Shown one piece after another: positions 25,501 through 38,955 of a DNA stretch of 64,000 nt. The DNA comes from Seison nebaliae (Eukaryota): the NCBI GenBank assembly GCA_023231475.1, contig JALJEE010002349.1:1-64000 (forward strand). Direction: 5' to 3'. Made by a program: the position numbers and the translations under genes. The notes beneath the pieces were generated by a model that was given only the letters and a program-made list of their open reading frames with translations, was not told the DNA's origin and made no database searches. The first letter of the stretch is position 1. Each line of letters begins with the position of its first letter.

Positions 25501-28500
25501 GATGGTAAATGAAGGAATCATTATCGAATATTTATGTACGTCCAACGGAATTTATTTATTTAATCTTTTGTATGAAATTTTTTATAAGAAAATTCTCGTG
25601 ACTGATATTCGATTGTTGACACAGGAAGTTTGTTTCACTTGTTTTCCTCTTATCACAACACCAGCATCATCTGGAATCGATTTATATGCACAACAACAAC
25701 AACAACAACCGTTCGCAACGTTATTATCAATCGAATCGAAGAATATTCACGAGAATAATATTCGATATCATTTAATGAGAATACCAATCGATTTCGATTC
25801 GATTGAAGCGATTCATGTTTTCTCACCATCGTTCTACGATACGACGAAAAGAAAAACTATCGATCATTCATTATCAATCATTCCATCGACTACCAATAGT
25901 GCTGGTACAATTCTATTGAGTTTTCCCATAACATCGATCGGATGTTATTCGATTGAAATTCAATTAATTCCAAATTATTCGAATGATGTTTGGAAGAAAT
26001 GTGTCGAGTATCTTTCGGAAAATAATTTGTCGAAATTGGAAAATTTTAAAGAAATTCAAATGAATTCTTTCTTCTTACATGATTCCATTAGTGCTTCTCA
26101 GAAAGAGTTATGGCAAACCGTTCCAATTCCTTTTGCACATTCGTCCTACGAATTTATGAATTCCATCAGACATGTCGATGAGAGTTTAGATGAGAATGAA
26201 GAGACATTACCATATCGAGGAAATTTTTATGATGAATTGGAGAATGAAAGAAGATTGAGATTTTCAAGAGATGTCTTTGATGATATCGAAGATACGTTTA
26301 ATGATATTCATTTGGTTTTCAATGAATTCTTTTATGGCGATAATATTTCCAGTCCAACATCTGACGATAGTTCAGTCATTTATAATGATATCATCGAACA
26401 ATTTCAACAATTAACAAACAATTTCTTCTTTCGCAATTATTCCACTTTCCATTTGAGACATAACATTCTCATACAAAATTCTGATTCCATATCAAATATT
26501 TATTGTGGATTATTCTCGTTGGAGAATACGGAAATAATTAAATTGTCTAATTATTTCGGAATTAATACCGTTGGTCTTGGAACGAAATGCGAAGAAAATT
26601 ATCTTTTAATATTTGGAGAAAAACCGAATTCAATTGAATCAGATTCCGATTTTCTCGAATTGAAATTAGACGAAATTTATGATAAGGAATCTGGAAAATT
26701 CTATTCGGATTCGAACGGTTACAAAGAGAAAAGCTTAATAATTTATGATGAGAATGATGATATTTTATCTCACGAATCATTGAGGGAATTGGCACCAGAT
26801 CAATCGTTCGCTGTGGTTTGTAAAGTGAAGAATTTCGGTTGGTATTTTACGATAATTTTCTTTTTTCAAATCGTCATTTTTTTTAGGAGTTTATACTTTC
26901 GAAATTTATAATGACACTTCCTTAGAAATCAATTCTCCATATACTTTGTTCATTACGAGAATTGTGTCAAATGTTGAAGATGAATCAGTTAATAATTTAA
27001 TTGAAGAAACTAGTTCGACAGTTAATGTACTTAATGTTGCGACGATTGTTGATGAATCGAATGAGATGATGTTAAAAGAGAAGTCTCCAAATGATGAAAA
27101 TGAATTGATGATCTTACCATCAAACCATCTACAGGAAAAGAGAAACATTTCAATGAAATCTTTATCGTCTGCTAATTTGTTATCTAAAGTTGATGAAATT
27201 GAAATGGATTACGATAATTTGAATGGAAAAAATGAGAATAAATTGTGCAATTCTTTGACTTGTATCAGAAAATATAATCCGAGTATTTTGACGGATGTCC
27301 AAACTCAAACGGAGAAGAAAATTGAAGAGAAAGAAGAATTTGTGCTAGATAAATGGAATTCGTTAATAGATTATGTGGAAATAACAAATGTACATGATGT
27401 GCAAGTGGGAGAGATTGCACATTTCATTATCAACATATCCATCAATAATGATGAGGTGGATGTGGAAGAGAAACCATTAGAATTACTACTTGATTTATTT
27501 CGTCATGGATTCTTTGAAGTTTACATTCTGGATAAAGAGATGAATTGTCTTGTTCACCAATTAGAATCGACAAATAAAGCGAATTATTTGGAAAGAGTCA
27601 AAGTGAAATTCCGTCCGATGTTAGTTGGAGAGAATATGATCAATTTGAAACGGAAAAGTTTCAAACAAATGAAGAATATTTATAGTATTCCATTCCATTC
27701 GTATGATATCGATCTAGTACGAATTGCACCACGTTATCCACACAAATTGTATTCAGTTCCTTCGAATTATTTGAATAGTAAATTATCTTATGATCCGGAT
27801 AATGTTTATTTCTTCGTCAATACGTCGTTAGCTGGTAAGGGAGAGTTGAATATGTGGATCGAAGAGAAATGTCAATCCAGAAATGGACGAATTAAACGGA
27901 TTTCTATGAACATTCGACAACTCAACAATGGATCGTGTGAATTATATTTTCCCGTGACAAATGATGGTTAGTTAAATGATTTTATTCAAACTTGATTGTT
28001 CTACATATTTCAAATGAATTCTTTATGAAATTATATGAAATTTAATTTATCATCATTATTATGATCTAATCAATCACTATTGAGTGAAATGAAATAGCTT
28101 TTATTATTATATTGTCAATTGAATTGACCGTCGTCTAATTGAAGTGATTCTATCGAGTTCGAGTATGAACATAATGAACTTCATAAAATTTTATTGTTTC
28201 GGAAGTAAATTAAAATTTCATTGTCTAACCATTCTTTACATTCTCGACATGTTACGATCAGTTATTTAATTAATTTCCATTCTGACTTACTTCGACATCA
28301 GATGGTGATTGGTGAGAAGAGTCACTTAAGAAAGATTTATAAGCAGATTTTCACCAACATTATGAAATCCGATGATACGATGAACGATGTTAGCTCGAAA
28401 ACTTTCTCAATCTTACCATCCCAATCAACTAAATCGATTGAACCGGATAGTTTAGATGTGAGTGATTTGTATAAGACAAACGATTCAACCCCGTCAAAAC

Positions 28501-31500
28501 AAACTTATACATACGTCGTCATTCAACGGAAACAACCCGAAACATCTCATCATCATCGTAATAAGAAGAATGAGAAAATTATTGATAAAACTAATTCAAA
28601 TATGACAAATGTTAATCCTCAAATGTACAACACTAATTTCAATAACAACAACAACAACGAGAATTGGAGGGAGAAAGAAAATGAAGATTTGAGGCGAAAG
28701 GAAATGGTCGATGGAAATAATGTAATGATTTGGCGAAATAATGAAAAGGATGTTGATGTTGTTGTCGTTGATGAAATTGTTGCGAATTTAAGCAATAGGG
28801 AAATGGATGAGGAGAAGAATGTGGAAAATCAAAAATCATTAACAATAACAACATCATCATCATCTACATCAAAACCGACAAGCAAATTTTCGTTGTCATC
28901 GTTAACAACGTCCGCCACGAGTCTTAGTGAGGAAGTAAATCCTATTGATTGTCATAATGAGTACGATAGAATCTTTTCAGAAAAAGATGGTCAGTATCAG
29001 TATATCTTTCTGACAGATTTATCATTCATTTATCTGTTCGCCATTCGACTCGTCAAAACTTCTCATAATCCCATTTAATTTATCTTCTAACTATTTCTGT
29101 GTTGTTCAATGTCCACAACTTTCTTCATCACTTTAACAAGTAGACGAGTGTTAATTTTTCTTCTTTTTTTGTGCATCAATTCTCCGAATGACGTCAGATT
29201 GAAATTTGTTTATTTTTAATGTCATTGAGTTATTTCTTCCCTCTTAACTTTTATTACTTCGATAATCGGCGACTATCAACTTTCATTGGAAGTGCTTTCA
29301 TTCGTTACATCTATATATCATCCCTCACTTCCAATTTCCATCATCATGATTATTAATGATACAATTATTTTTCACTTCTTCTCACCCGTTCAATCCGAAT
29401 ATGAAAGTATTTGACATCTTCAACCGAGACGCGTCGAATAGAAGAAATCTCTAATTAACGCCCAAAGAGGCGAACGGAAAATTTCAAATCGAAATAAAAG
29501 AAAACTTTTCAAACCGTTCTTCCCTTCGTTCTTTTTCACTAATAGAATTAGGATTAGTGAAATTTCAATTTTCATCAGTATTTTCCCCCCATTCTCATAT
29601 TTGTTGTATAAACAATAATGAAATGATAATCTATTCATACCTAAATACGTTCAGGTCATTTGAAAAGAATTTTATTCAATTTCAAAACTTCCCCAATTAT
29701 ATCCGCTAATCATCGATTATTATTAAAACTTTACTCTACTCATATCTCGTCTCACTTCTCCTCTCTCCTCTCTCTGTTAGCACAATATAATGTGAATGTA
29801 ACATTCAACGATCGGCATTTACTTGGATCACCATTCACTTATCATCATCATCATAACAACCGTTCAGACGATAATAGTCTTAATACAGAAATGTATGAAG
29901 AAATTCCTTCAAACCATCCACCAAATAACGAATTAGAATTGGAGGACAATCGTGAACCTTTGTCTCCTTCATTCCGACCAAATCCGCCCACCATGTCGCA
30001 ATTAAACGACAACGAAGATCGATCAATTTGCAATGAGAAATGTTCAAATTTTTCTTCTTTCTCCTTTTCCCTAATCAAATGCTAATCCATAACAGATATC
30101 GGGGACGATTTGAAAGTGTTTGAAGCCGATACCAGAATTAGTAAGTATCATTTTCATTTCTTTTACTTTGACGATTTTCAAATCGATTTGACAGAAACTG
30201 CTATTAAATTTTTTTGCTGATTTTCTATTAAGTGCTTCATTGTCTCTTCGAAATCTCCTTTTAGCTGATATACTTACTGATTCAAACGAAAATATTTATT
30301 TAACAATGCGCATTATATCAGATCGATGTCCAATATCTCGCGTATCATCAGTCAATGAAATTCTTTCTTCGGAAACGAATAAAAGGAATTCTTATTTCGA
30401 TCATTTCTATCGACAATTCTATAAAGAGAACGATTGCTATCATCTAAAATTAACACCCATTCCAAATAATAAGTTGCCTCATAACAATGCTAATATTAAT
30501 AATAATAACAACAATAATTTGTTAACGGATTCGAATGAATCGGTTAAATCTTATAAGATTTCTTCAATTTTAGGTTTGTTCTTAATTTTGCTAAATTTTC
30601 AATTTTATTCAAAATCAAAATTTTTTGATCAAAACAAATTTTTATATTTTTATTTTTAATTAGGCGATTCCGTAATAGACAAAGAGAATCAGATTAATAA
30701 TTTTGATGATAAGAATCATACCAATCATCTTCCAACAACCAATCCTAACAACAACAACAACAACAACAACACAAATGAAAATCAAAATGATCCGATTGTA
30801 AATCGAATGAATTATTCGGAGAATAAACTCGTCCCAACCAATGATGAAGTTCAAGTGAAAGTACCAAAATCTTCATTATCACGTCAATCTGTTCGTAACA
30901 AATCAGAACATCGACCAAATCATCATCATCACCATCATCGACGTCAACGATCGAAGCCGGAGAAGAGAGTGAGAGAGGAAGAAAATGCAGCGAGTTCTGA
31001 TGATCCGTTTGACGAACAGACGTTCCAAAAGAAGAATCATTCAGATGTCGCATCATCAATTCATCCATATAGTAATACATCCAATGTTTATTATCGTAGT
31101 TATAATCCGAACATACATGATAGTATTCGTTTAGTTCCGAATAAAACATCGGAACGATTCGGTATATCTAATTTGATCAGTTCTCAATATTTGCCCGTTG
31201 GTGGACATGTGAAATTGATAAGTTTAAATTAAATTCATTTTATATAATTTCATTTAATTCTTTCTTTCTCCAGTCACTCACACCGTTCCGATTAAAGTTC
31301 AAATATTGAAACAAGTTCAAGCACAATCATCATATGTCAGTTTCCATGCTAGACCGATGAAATTGACGCAAGAAGCAGATAAATTACAGAAAGATGGTAT
31401 TAGTATCGAACAAACGTTTGTTGAATTTACTGCTGAACCGATTATACCACCATCATCATCATCATCATCGTTACATGTAACTTCTGCATCGAAATTACCA

Positions 31501-34500
31501 TCATATATTCTGGAAGTTTTCAATAAACATACGAAATCTCATTTAAGAGGTTTTCCATCCCCATTTTTCACAATCAAAATTCATCTAATTAATTTCCATT
31601 TTATGATATTCTTTTTTTCAGATTCGCCGTTTATGTTTCATTTGTTTGATCCGAAAAACGTTCCACGAATTAGTGGACTACGTCAATTTATCTCGTCTCA
31701 AGATTTCAAGTTCTCCGTTGAGACTTGTCATTTGAAGCAATTATATTTAGATACTCTGTCGAAAAACAATTCAAAGTCGACCGATAAACAAAATGCAGAT
31801 CAAAATATCAATTCTGGTGATTATTCTGTTAAAGTTCCATTAGAAGTATATAATTCATTTCCAACATCTGTTACATCACAACTACCACCTGATTTGACTT
31901 ATGGAGAATTGCATACCATTTGGAAGATTTTAGACTTGCCAGACAAGGCGCCACTACCAAATCGATCAGATCAACAAACGAATACGATTCCATCAAAAGA
32001 CGACGTACAACCTCCTGTCGATCCCAGGAAATATATAACAGCAGCAGTTTATTATGGAGATCGCCGTGTACCTGTTCGAATGTCGCTTCATCAAAAAAGG
32101 AAAAGTGCAATTAAAGTGCAAGTGAAACCGTTCAGCACAGGATTGCATCATATCGAATTTTTGTGTAATCAGCGACCGATATTTAAATCGCCCATCAAAT
32201 TGGAAGTTTATAATCCATATGCTGTGGAAACGAATGAAGTATTGAAGAGTGATGGGAATTATTATACGACTGACGATATTTGTCAATTACGTGTCAATAC
32301 GATAAATGTATCGAAAAATCTCCGTTTACCTGTTCCAGCTTTCGATATATTTCATAGTGAAAAAATTCAAAAATGTCAAAATGTCAAAATTAAATCGATG
32401 AAAGAAAGAAATACGGAAAACGATTTCAAATATTTTCCGACCAAATTCACCGTATCTTTCCTACCAGAATATGGTTCGGGAACATATTTAGTTTATGGTT
32501 ATATCGCCCAATATCCTGTGTCAGAACGACCAATTGAAGTTATTGTGGTTCCGGGAACAGTGGCAGTTGAACAAAATTCGTCAAGTTCATCAATTGCATA
32601 TTTCCATGAATATAATGCGTCGATTATTCATCCGAAATATGACGACGAAGAAAATACCGAACAAATTTTGGGGACGGAAATGGAACAGAATCAGGAACCA
32701 GAGGAAATTGAAGGAATAGTTGAAGCTCCAATTCTCAATAGTCGTCCACCAGATAATGAAATGGAGAGGCAATTAAAAGAGACGGAGAAGAAAAGAACTC
32801 CGTTAATTCGAAGTAAAACTATTCGTCCTGAAGATGATGGTGAATATGAGAAACGTGAAACAGACGATAAATCAACGACTGCCATTTATCATGAAGATTA
32901 TCGATCTAATGATAAACTAGAAAGAGTAGCGCCACGTTCTTCTAAATTAACATTTCGTTCTCAGTCGATGATGGAAGATAAAAATTGTTTAGCAGTTGAT
33001 GATTTACAAACGGATTATGGTGTGAAAGGAACTAAATTTCCGTCGACATATAACGAAGACATTATACCGGAACAATCTCAAGAAAGATCGGCTCATGTTG
33101 TTGTTGATCCAAATAAAGCCGGTGATCATTATGATCGTCATAAGAAAGATGCTCAAAAGTTAAATAGAAGTCTATCGAATGACATAACGAATCCGAATCA
33201 TAACAATAACAATAATTGTTATTTGAAGGAGATTCGTGAAGAACGAAAAAAAATTAAAGTGAAACGTTTACCGAATAATATGGACATAACAACAACCGCA
33301 ACAACAACAACAACAACAACATCATCGTCATTGAATCATAGTATGAAATCATCACGAAAGATACCTCGAATTAAAGTGAGATTACACCGAAAATTGATCG
33401 CTATTAATAAAGAAAGTTTCTTACAAATAGTTTCAAATGATAAATTGACATCAGAAAATATTAGTGCTGGAATACGTTCCATTAATCTATTGAAAGTGTC
33501 TTTCCTCATTAGTGAAGTGCCATTGTCGTGGAGGAATTTCCGAGAGACGTCCAACGAAAATTTGAAGGAAATTGTCAAGAAACAAATTCAGCGACTTTTC
33601 AAATTGAAAAATTTCAAAGTTGAATCTAGACCGAAATTATCGCAAAACAATAATTTCCATCACGTCACCATATATCTGTCGACATCTGATAATAATATGA
33701 GAAAACGATTAAATCGAACTATCACTAAATCGATGAATAGTGTACGCGATTCATTAGCACAACTCATTCTACAATATAAAGAAAATGATTCTTTCTCCAC
33801 TACACCAATTATTCCACATTTCAAAAATAATGCTCTTGTTTTTTATGACGAGAATGATATTATGTTATATGTGATCGTTCCTGGTAGTTTGAATGTGTCA
33901 CAAGAAGGTATTTCATATCGATATTCAATCACATATGATTTTATAACCAATTTTTTTGGGAATTGGTATAAACTCAACTTGTTTTCATATCAAATTCATT
34001 CATTAATCATCAATTTTGAATTGGAATTGTTTTAATCAACTAATTTACCATTGAAAAACTCTCGAAATGATTTCTAATTATTTTCTCTTTTTTCTCTTTG
34101 AAATTTAAATTGTTTTCAGGTCCAACCGGAGAACAACTACCTTCAACCATTACGAAACAAGACGACCATACATTTTATGTTTCATTTACACCGATAACTA
34201 CAGGTTTAATTTCATTTAGAAGAAATATTATTTTTTTTATATCGTTCAGGTGAACATGTTGTGGATGTCTCCTATAACGGGGTTGGAGTGAACGGTTGTC
34301 CTTTCAAAGTCAACGTATTCGATTCATCGATTGTACGTACTCATAATCTTCCCGAACGTGTTCTCACTTATACTGAAAATGAATTCGTTGTCGATACTAA
34401 TCAATTGTCACAAGCTCCGATTGATGTCACTTTATCATCACCGAAGAAGAAACAAATCAAATTGAGATCGACTGATCATGGACAAAATAGTTGAATTTCC

Positions 34501-37040
34501 CTAAAATTTTCCATCATATTTTTCTTTTTTAGAATCGTTGATGAATAGTCGATCCGTTTATAAATTCATCACTGAAGAAGTGGGAGAATATGAATGCAAT
34601 ATTTCTTATGGGAATATTCCCATTCCTAATTCATCATTCACTATTTTATCGGAAGATAATCGATTGCCAACGGCTCAAGGTGAAGGATTACATTTCGGTA
34701 TTATTCACAAACCGGCCAACTTCACAGTTGACACTCATCAGAAAGATAAAGACTCTCGTTTACAAGTTCCTTTATTTTGTTTCAATAAGATTCTTTAATA
34801 TTTGTTTTGAATAGAGACGTGAGTTGAATGTAGTGGCGGAAGGACCACATTCTTTAGCGAAAGTTCATTCAGAATTTGATTTGAAATCTGGTTTATATCA
34901 AGTGTCATATGTGCCAGTAGAAAGTGGTAATTATAAGATTCATGTGAAATATAACGGTTAATATCATTCCGATTAATTATGGATTATTTTAAATTTATTT
35001 GAATCGTTTAAATTCGAAATATTTAGAACCGAAAATTTAGTTTAGTCTCATCGTAAATTCTTTTTCTATCAAATTTTTTCACTGAGAAATTCCTGCTCGA
35101 AATTTCTTTAGCTATTTCCATTTCGTTTCATCACATTCATATATGCTAGAAATGAATTAGGATTTGATTGAATTGTCTAATTATTTTCTTTTCCAATAAT
35201 AGGAAGGGCAATTCAAGGCTCACCGTTTTCTCCAATAATATTTGATCCCGAGAAATGTGTTCTACCAGCGAATCATTCACGTTCATGGCAAGAAGTGACA
35301 ACGAAATTTTCTCAAATGTATGTGAATAAGGAACAAATCTTTTATTTTTATAGTATGGAACGTAGTAACAATACGGCAATTCGTGCTAATGTTGTCAATT
35401 CGAAGAATCAACCTATTTCATTTAATATGACTACTGTTCATCAGCAACGTGCGTCACAACTCCGATTAACACCACCACCTGGTTATCAATTGTATGAAAT
35501 GTCTTTCGTACCGAAACAAACTGGAATGTATACGATGAGAATATTTTGGCGTGAAATGATGTTATCATCTTGTCCGATTATGGGGACAGCTTATCCGGGA
35601 AAAATACCATCAGGTAATCCTGATTTAGTTACGTTGCGAGGAAAGGGCTTAAAAGAGGCTGTGGTGAAACAAACGTCAGAATTTGTGATTGATGGAAGTC
35701 AAGCTGGAGTGATGAAAGAATTACCGAAAATTACTCTTTCTTCACCGTCCGGTGAATTGCCAGTTCAAATTGAAAGTTTGAGAAATGAGAAAAATGTTTA
35801 TATTTGCAAATATATTCCGCCCGTTTCTGGTGCTTATATGTTGTCGATTCAATGGGAAAATAAATTATTGAAAGGATGTCCGTTCGCCATTGCAGTGAGT
35901 GATCCAAATCAGATAAGTATTAATGGATTATCAAAGAATGATCTTGGTGTTCTGACGATGAAATTAGGCCAAGAAATGAGAGCGAGAATTGATACGAGAA
36001 GAGCCGGTCCTGGAGAACTTTCCGTTCGATGTGTCGGTCCTACACAACCAGCTCAATGTGAATTACAAGATCATGGCGATGCTACGTATACTTTACTTGT
36101 CCAACCGAGAGAATCAGGTAAACATGTTCTCCACATCAAATATTCAGGATATCATGTTCCTGGCTCGCCATTTGTATTGAAAGTGTCACAACCACCACAA
36201 GAACCAGATGCAAGCAAAGTTTATGTTCATGGTCCTGGTGTTGAACATGGTGTGTTGAATTCATTCCAATCTCATTTTATTTGTGAAACGAAAGGTGCCG
36301 GTGCCGGTCAGCTGACAGTTCGTGTACGTGGGCCGCGTGGTGCTTTCCGTGTTGAAATGCAAAGAGAAACACATAAAGATAGAACAATCTCTTGTCGATA
36401 TGATCCGGCTGAACCAGGAGATTATTTAATAAATGTGAAATGGAGTGGAGTTCACGTACCAGGATCGCCGTTCCATGTTCATATTTTGGAGAAGATTGAA
36501 GATTTGTCAATTTTCCTTTATGAGAATAATTTACCAATTCCACAACATTATCAACAAATAATTTCGAAATTACCAACACCAAATATTTTAATTCAACAAC
36601 GAAAACTTCATCAGAAACAATTGAGTAATGTGAATTCGTCTTCCGTTCAAAGGATAAATAATTTCGATACACAAAACAAATTAGCACAACATAGTATGGG
36701 TGATATTCTCGCTACGTCCCAACATCAATCCAGACGAATGATTTCCAGAAATCCTTCAATCACTGCTTCTTCCAACAACTTCGAACAGATAACAACAAAT
36801 CAACGGAATAATATGTCAGGTGTCCAACAACGTTTCGCCAGTGTCGATGATCATTATAATTATAATCGACCACGATTATTAAATCATCATCATCAGAAAC
36901 AAACCTCTTTTCTCGGAAGTAATAATGGAAGTAATCTGTCAATTAATGATCAACGTAATTTCCATAATGACCTCCAACATAATCGCACACAATCATCTTA
37001 TGTTCCTAAAATCCGTGATTCTTCTATGCCACAAACGTGA
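13946..37040 (+). CDS. jbug: Giant filamin-repeat protein of the jitterbug/FLN-2 type, many exons, no detectable CH actin-binding domain
   Basis: Many filamin Ig repeats (IDASEAGDGNLEISI, YVPT..HRCNIKFNDVTITGSPF). The terminal repeat FICETKGAGAGQLTVRVRGPRGAFRVEMQRETHKDRTISCRYDPAEPGDYLINVKWSGVHVPGSPF resembles the jitterbug C-terminus as I recall it (orthology unverified). Linkage of the 5' exons at 13946-15040 to the repeats is inferred. Confidence 0.8.
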
Positions 37041-37602
37041 AAATATTATTGGTCAAATATCTTGAGAGCTCAAACTATTAAAATCTAATTCTATTTATTT
37101 CCCTTATCCTCCTGTCTTTAGTATCTAATTCAGTTTTTGATTGTTCCAAAAAATTCGAATTTCTATTCAAAAAAATTGCTTTTAATTAAATTATTTTATT
37201 CGTCAATTAATCAGAAATGTCGATGCTTCGATGGAATATCTTAATTTATTTTCTATTTAAATTTATGGACTTTCTGATTTCTTCCATTTTACATTTCTTC
37301 TTACCATTTTATTCCTGTTCTGATTATTATGCATATTTCTCCACCAAATGGAATTATCAGAAAATGATTCAATTCGTTCTTTTTATTAACAACTCTCCAC
37401 GCATTCTTTCTATTTCCTCTTACCCTTTTTAGTATACTTTTCAATTAAATTTATTTCCTTCAAATATTTTCGAATCGGATCGTATCGTTTCTTCCTATTC
37501 GATCTGAATCCCATTAATATAATTCGACATAATTCGCCTTCAACTCCATTTCCATTTTCTTCCCCAAATAATAAAATTTCTTTAATAAATCTACTTTGTT
37601 AA

Positions 37603-38606
37603 ATGAATAATAATACCGTTCTGATTAAATCTCAATTCTCTTCATTCTATACCAATCACACAACCAATGGAATTGTTTATAACGGAATCTTACCACCATT
37701 ACCATCAAGAAGACCATGTCCCACCCCAGAACAGATCGATACATCGACCAGACATCGTTCTTTCAAACCGTTTCATCATAAAGTTATCATTAAAACTGAA
37801 AGTTTACCGATCATTCATCATAAACGGAAATTCAACAAACGTGAAAATGAAAAAAGGAAAATTCTTCCAAAAATTAAAATTCGAAATGTTAAAAAAGAAA
37901 AACGATTAATTTCAAGAGAGAAGAAATTATCTCATTTATCAGAAAGTTCCACAGACATTTCGAAGAGTTTAAATAATTTGAAGAAAATTGAAGAATTGAG
38001 AAAACTGCAAAAATCGTTCGATATTTATTATGTGAATAAAGACAGGAAATTGTTAAACGATAAATTGATAAGTCAAATGAAAAATGAAGGAGATTTTAAT
38101 TTGAGTAAAGTTCAAGAAATTTCAAGAGAATCATCTCCAAACAATGATGAAATGGAAGAGATTCATAATAAGGAATATCAATTGAAATTGATGAAGGATT
38201 TAAAAGAATTCTCGCAACAAAATTTACGTTCCGTTCAAACGAATTACAAGAATACTTTACCTACAGAACGAAGTTAATTTTTTTTCAGACAAAAAATGAT
38301 GATGAAATAATGAGATAAAATTAGTGGCAGACAAATTGATAAATAAATATTCCCATCAGAAATTATGATTATTGATTTTTAAAATTATTTTCTTTTTTCT
38401 TTTGAACCTATCGGAAAATAATAAGAATTATTTTTTAATTTTTAGATATTATCTTTGAACGACGACTGATGACTGAGAATTCTGCTAAAAATACTGTCAA
38501 GTTCACAGTCAATATAAAATCATTTGCTTCAAACTTTCAAAGAAATATGCGAAAACTCTTCACACATGCGGTGCCAGTGGAGGATGGAGCAGCTGGCTAT
38601 GAGTGA
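37603..38606 (+). CDS. Hypothetical basic/coiled-coil protein, 2 exons
   Basis: The 224-aa ORF ends at a phase-1 donor (gaacgaa|gttaat). It splices in frame to ttttag|at att atc ttt.. ending AVPVEDGAAGYE* at 38606. No recognisable domain. Confidence 0.55.
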
Positions 38607-38955
38607 ACATATTTACTAACATCATACTCAAAATGACTTGATATTCTTCTCTCACTTCCCAGAAAGTATGTTGTTGAAAATTCTTCAAATTAAATAATAA
38701 GAATTTTCAATTAAATTGATACACCTACTTAGACATACGTAGCATCATGTGAATAGAACGAAAATAATAAAATAATTCAAAAAAATATTTCAGTTATTTT
38801 CACTCATCAAATATTTTCCTTTTTCGATCTTTTTATTTCTTTTATGAAGACAACTATTTCTCACTTTCATTATTCATATCATTCATTATAGACAATGGTC
38901 GATTAGGACGATCATTTTATTTCGAACGAATCACTCCCTAATCTGAAGCAGTTTA

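Noticed and set aside
4288..36942. Numerous short antisense or alternate-frame ORFs overlapping the CBM48 and filamin exons
   Set aside because: Shadow ORFs of real coding exons, with no independent domain or splice support.
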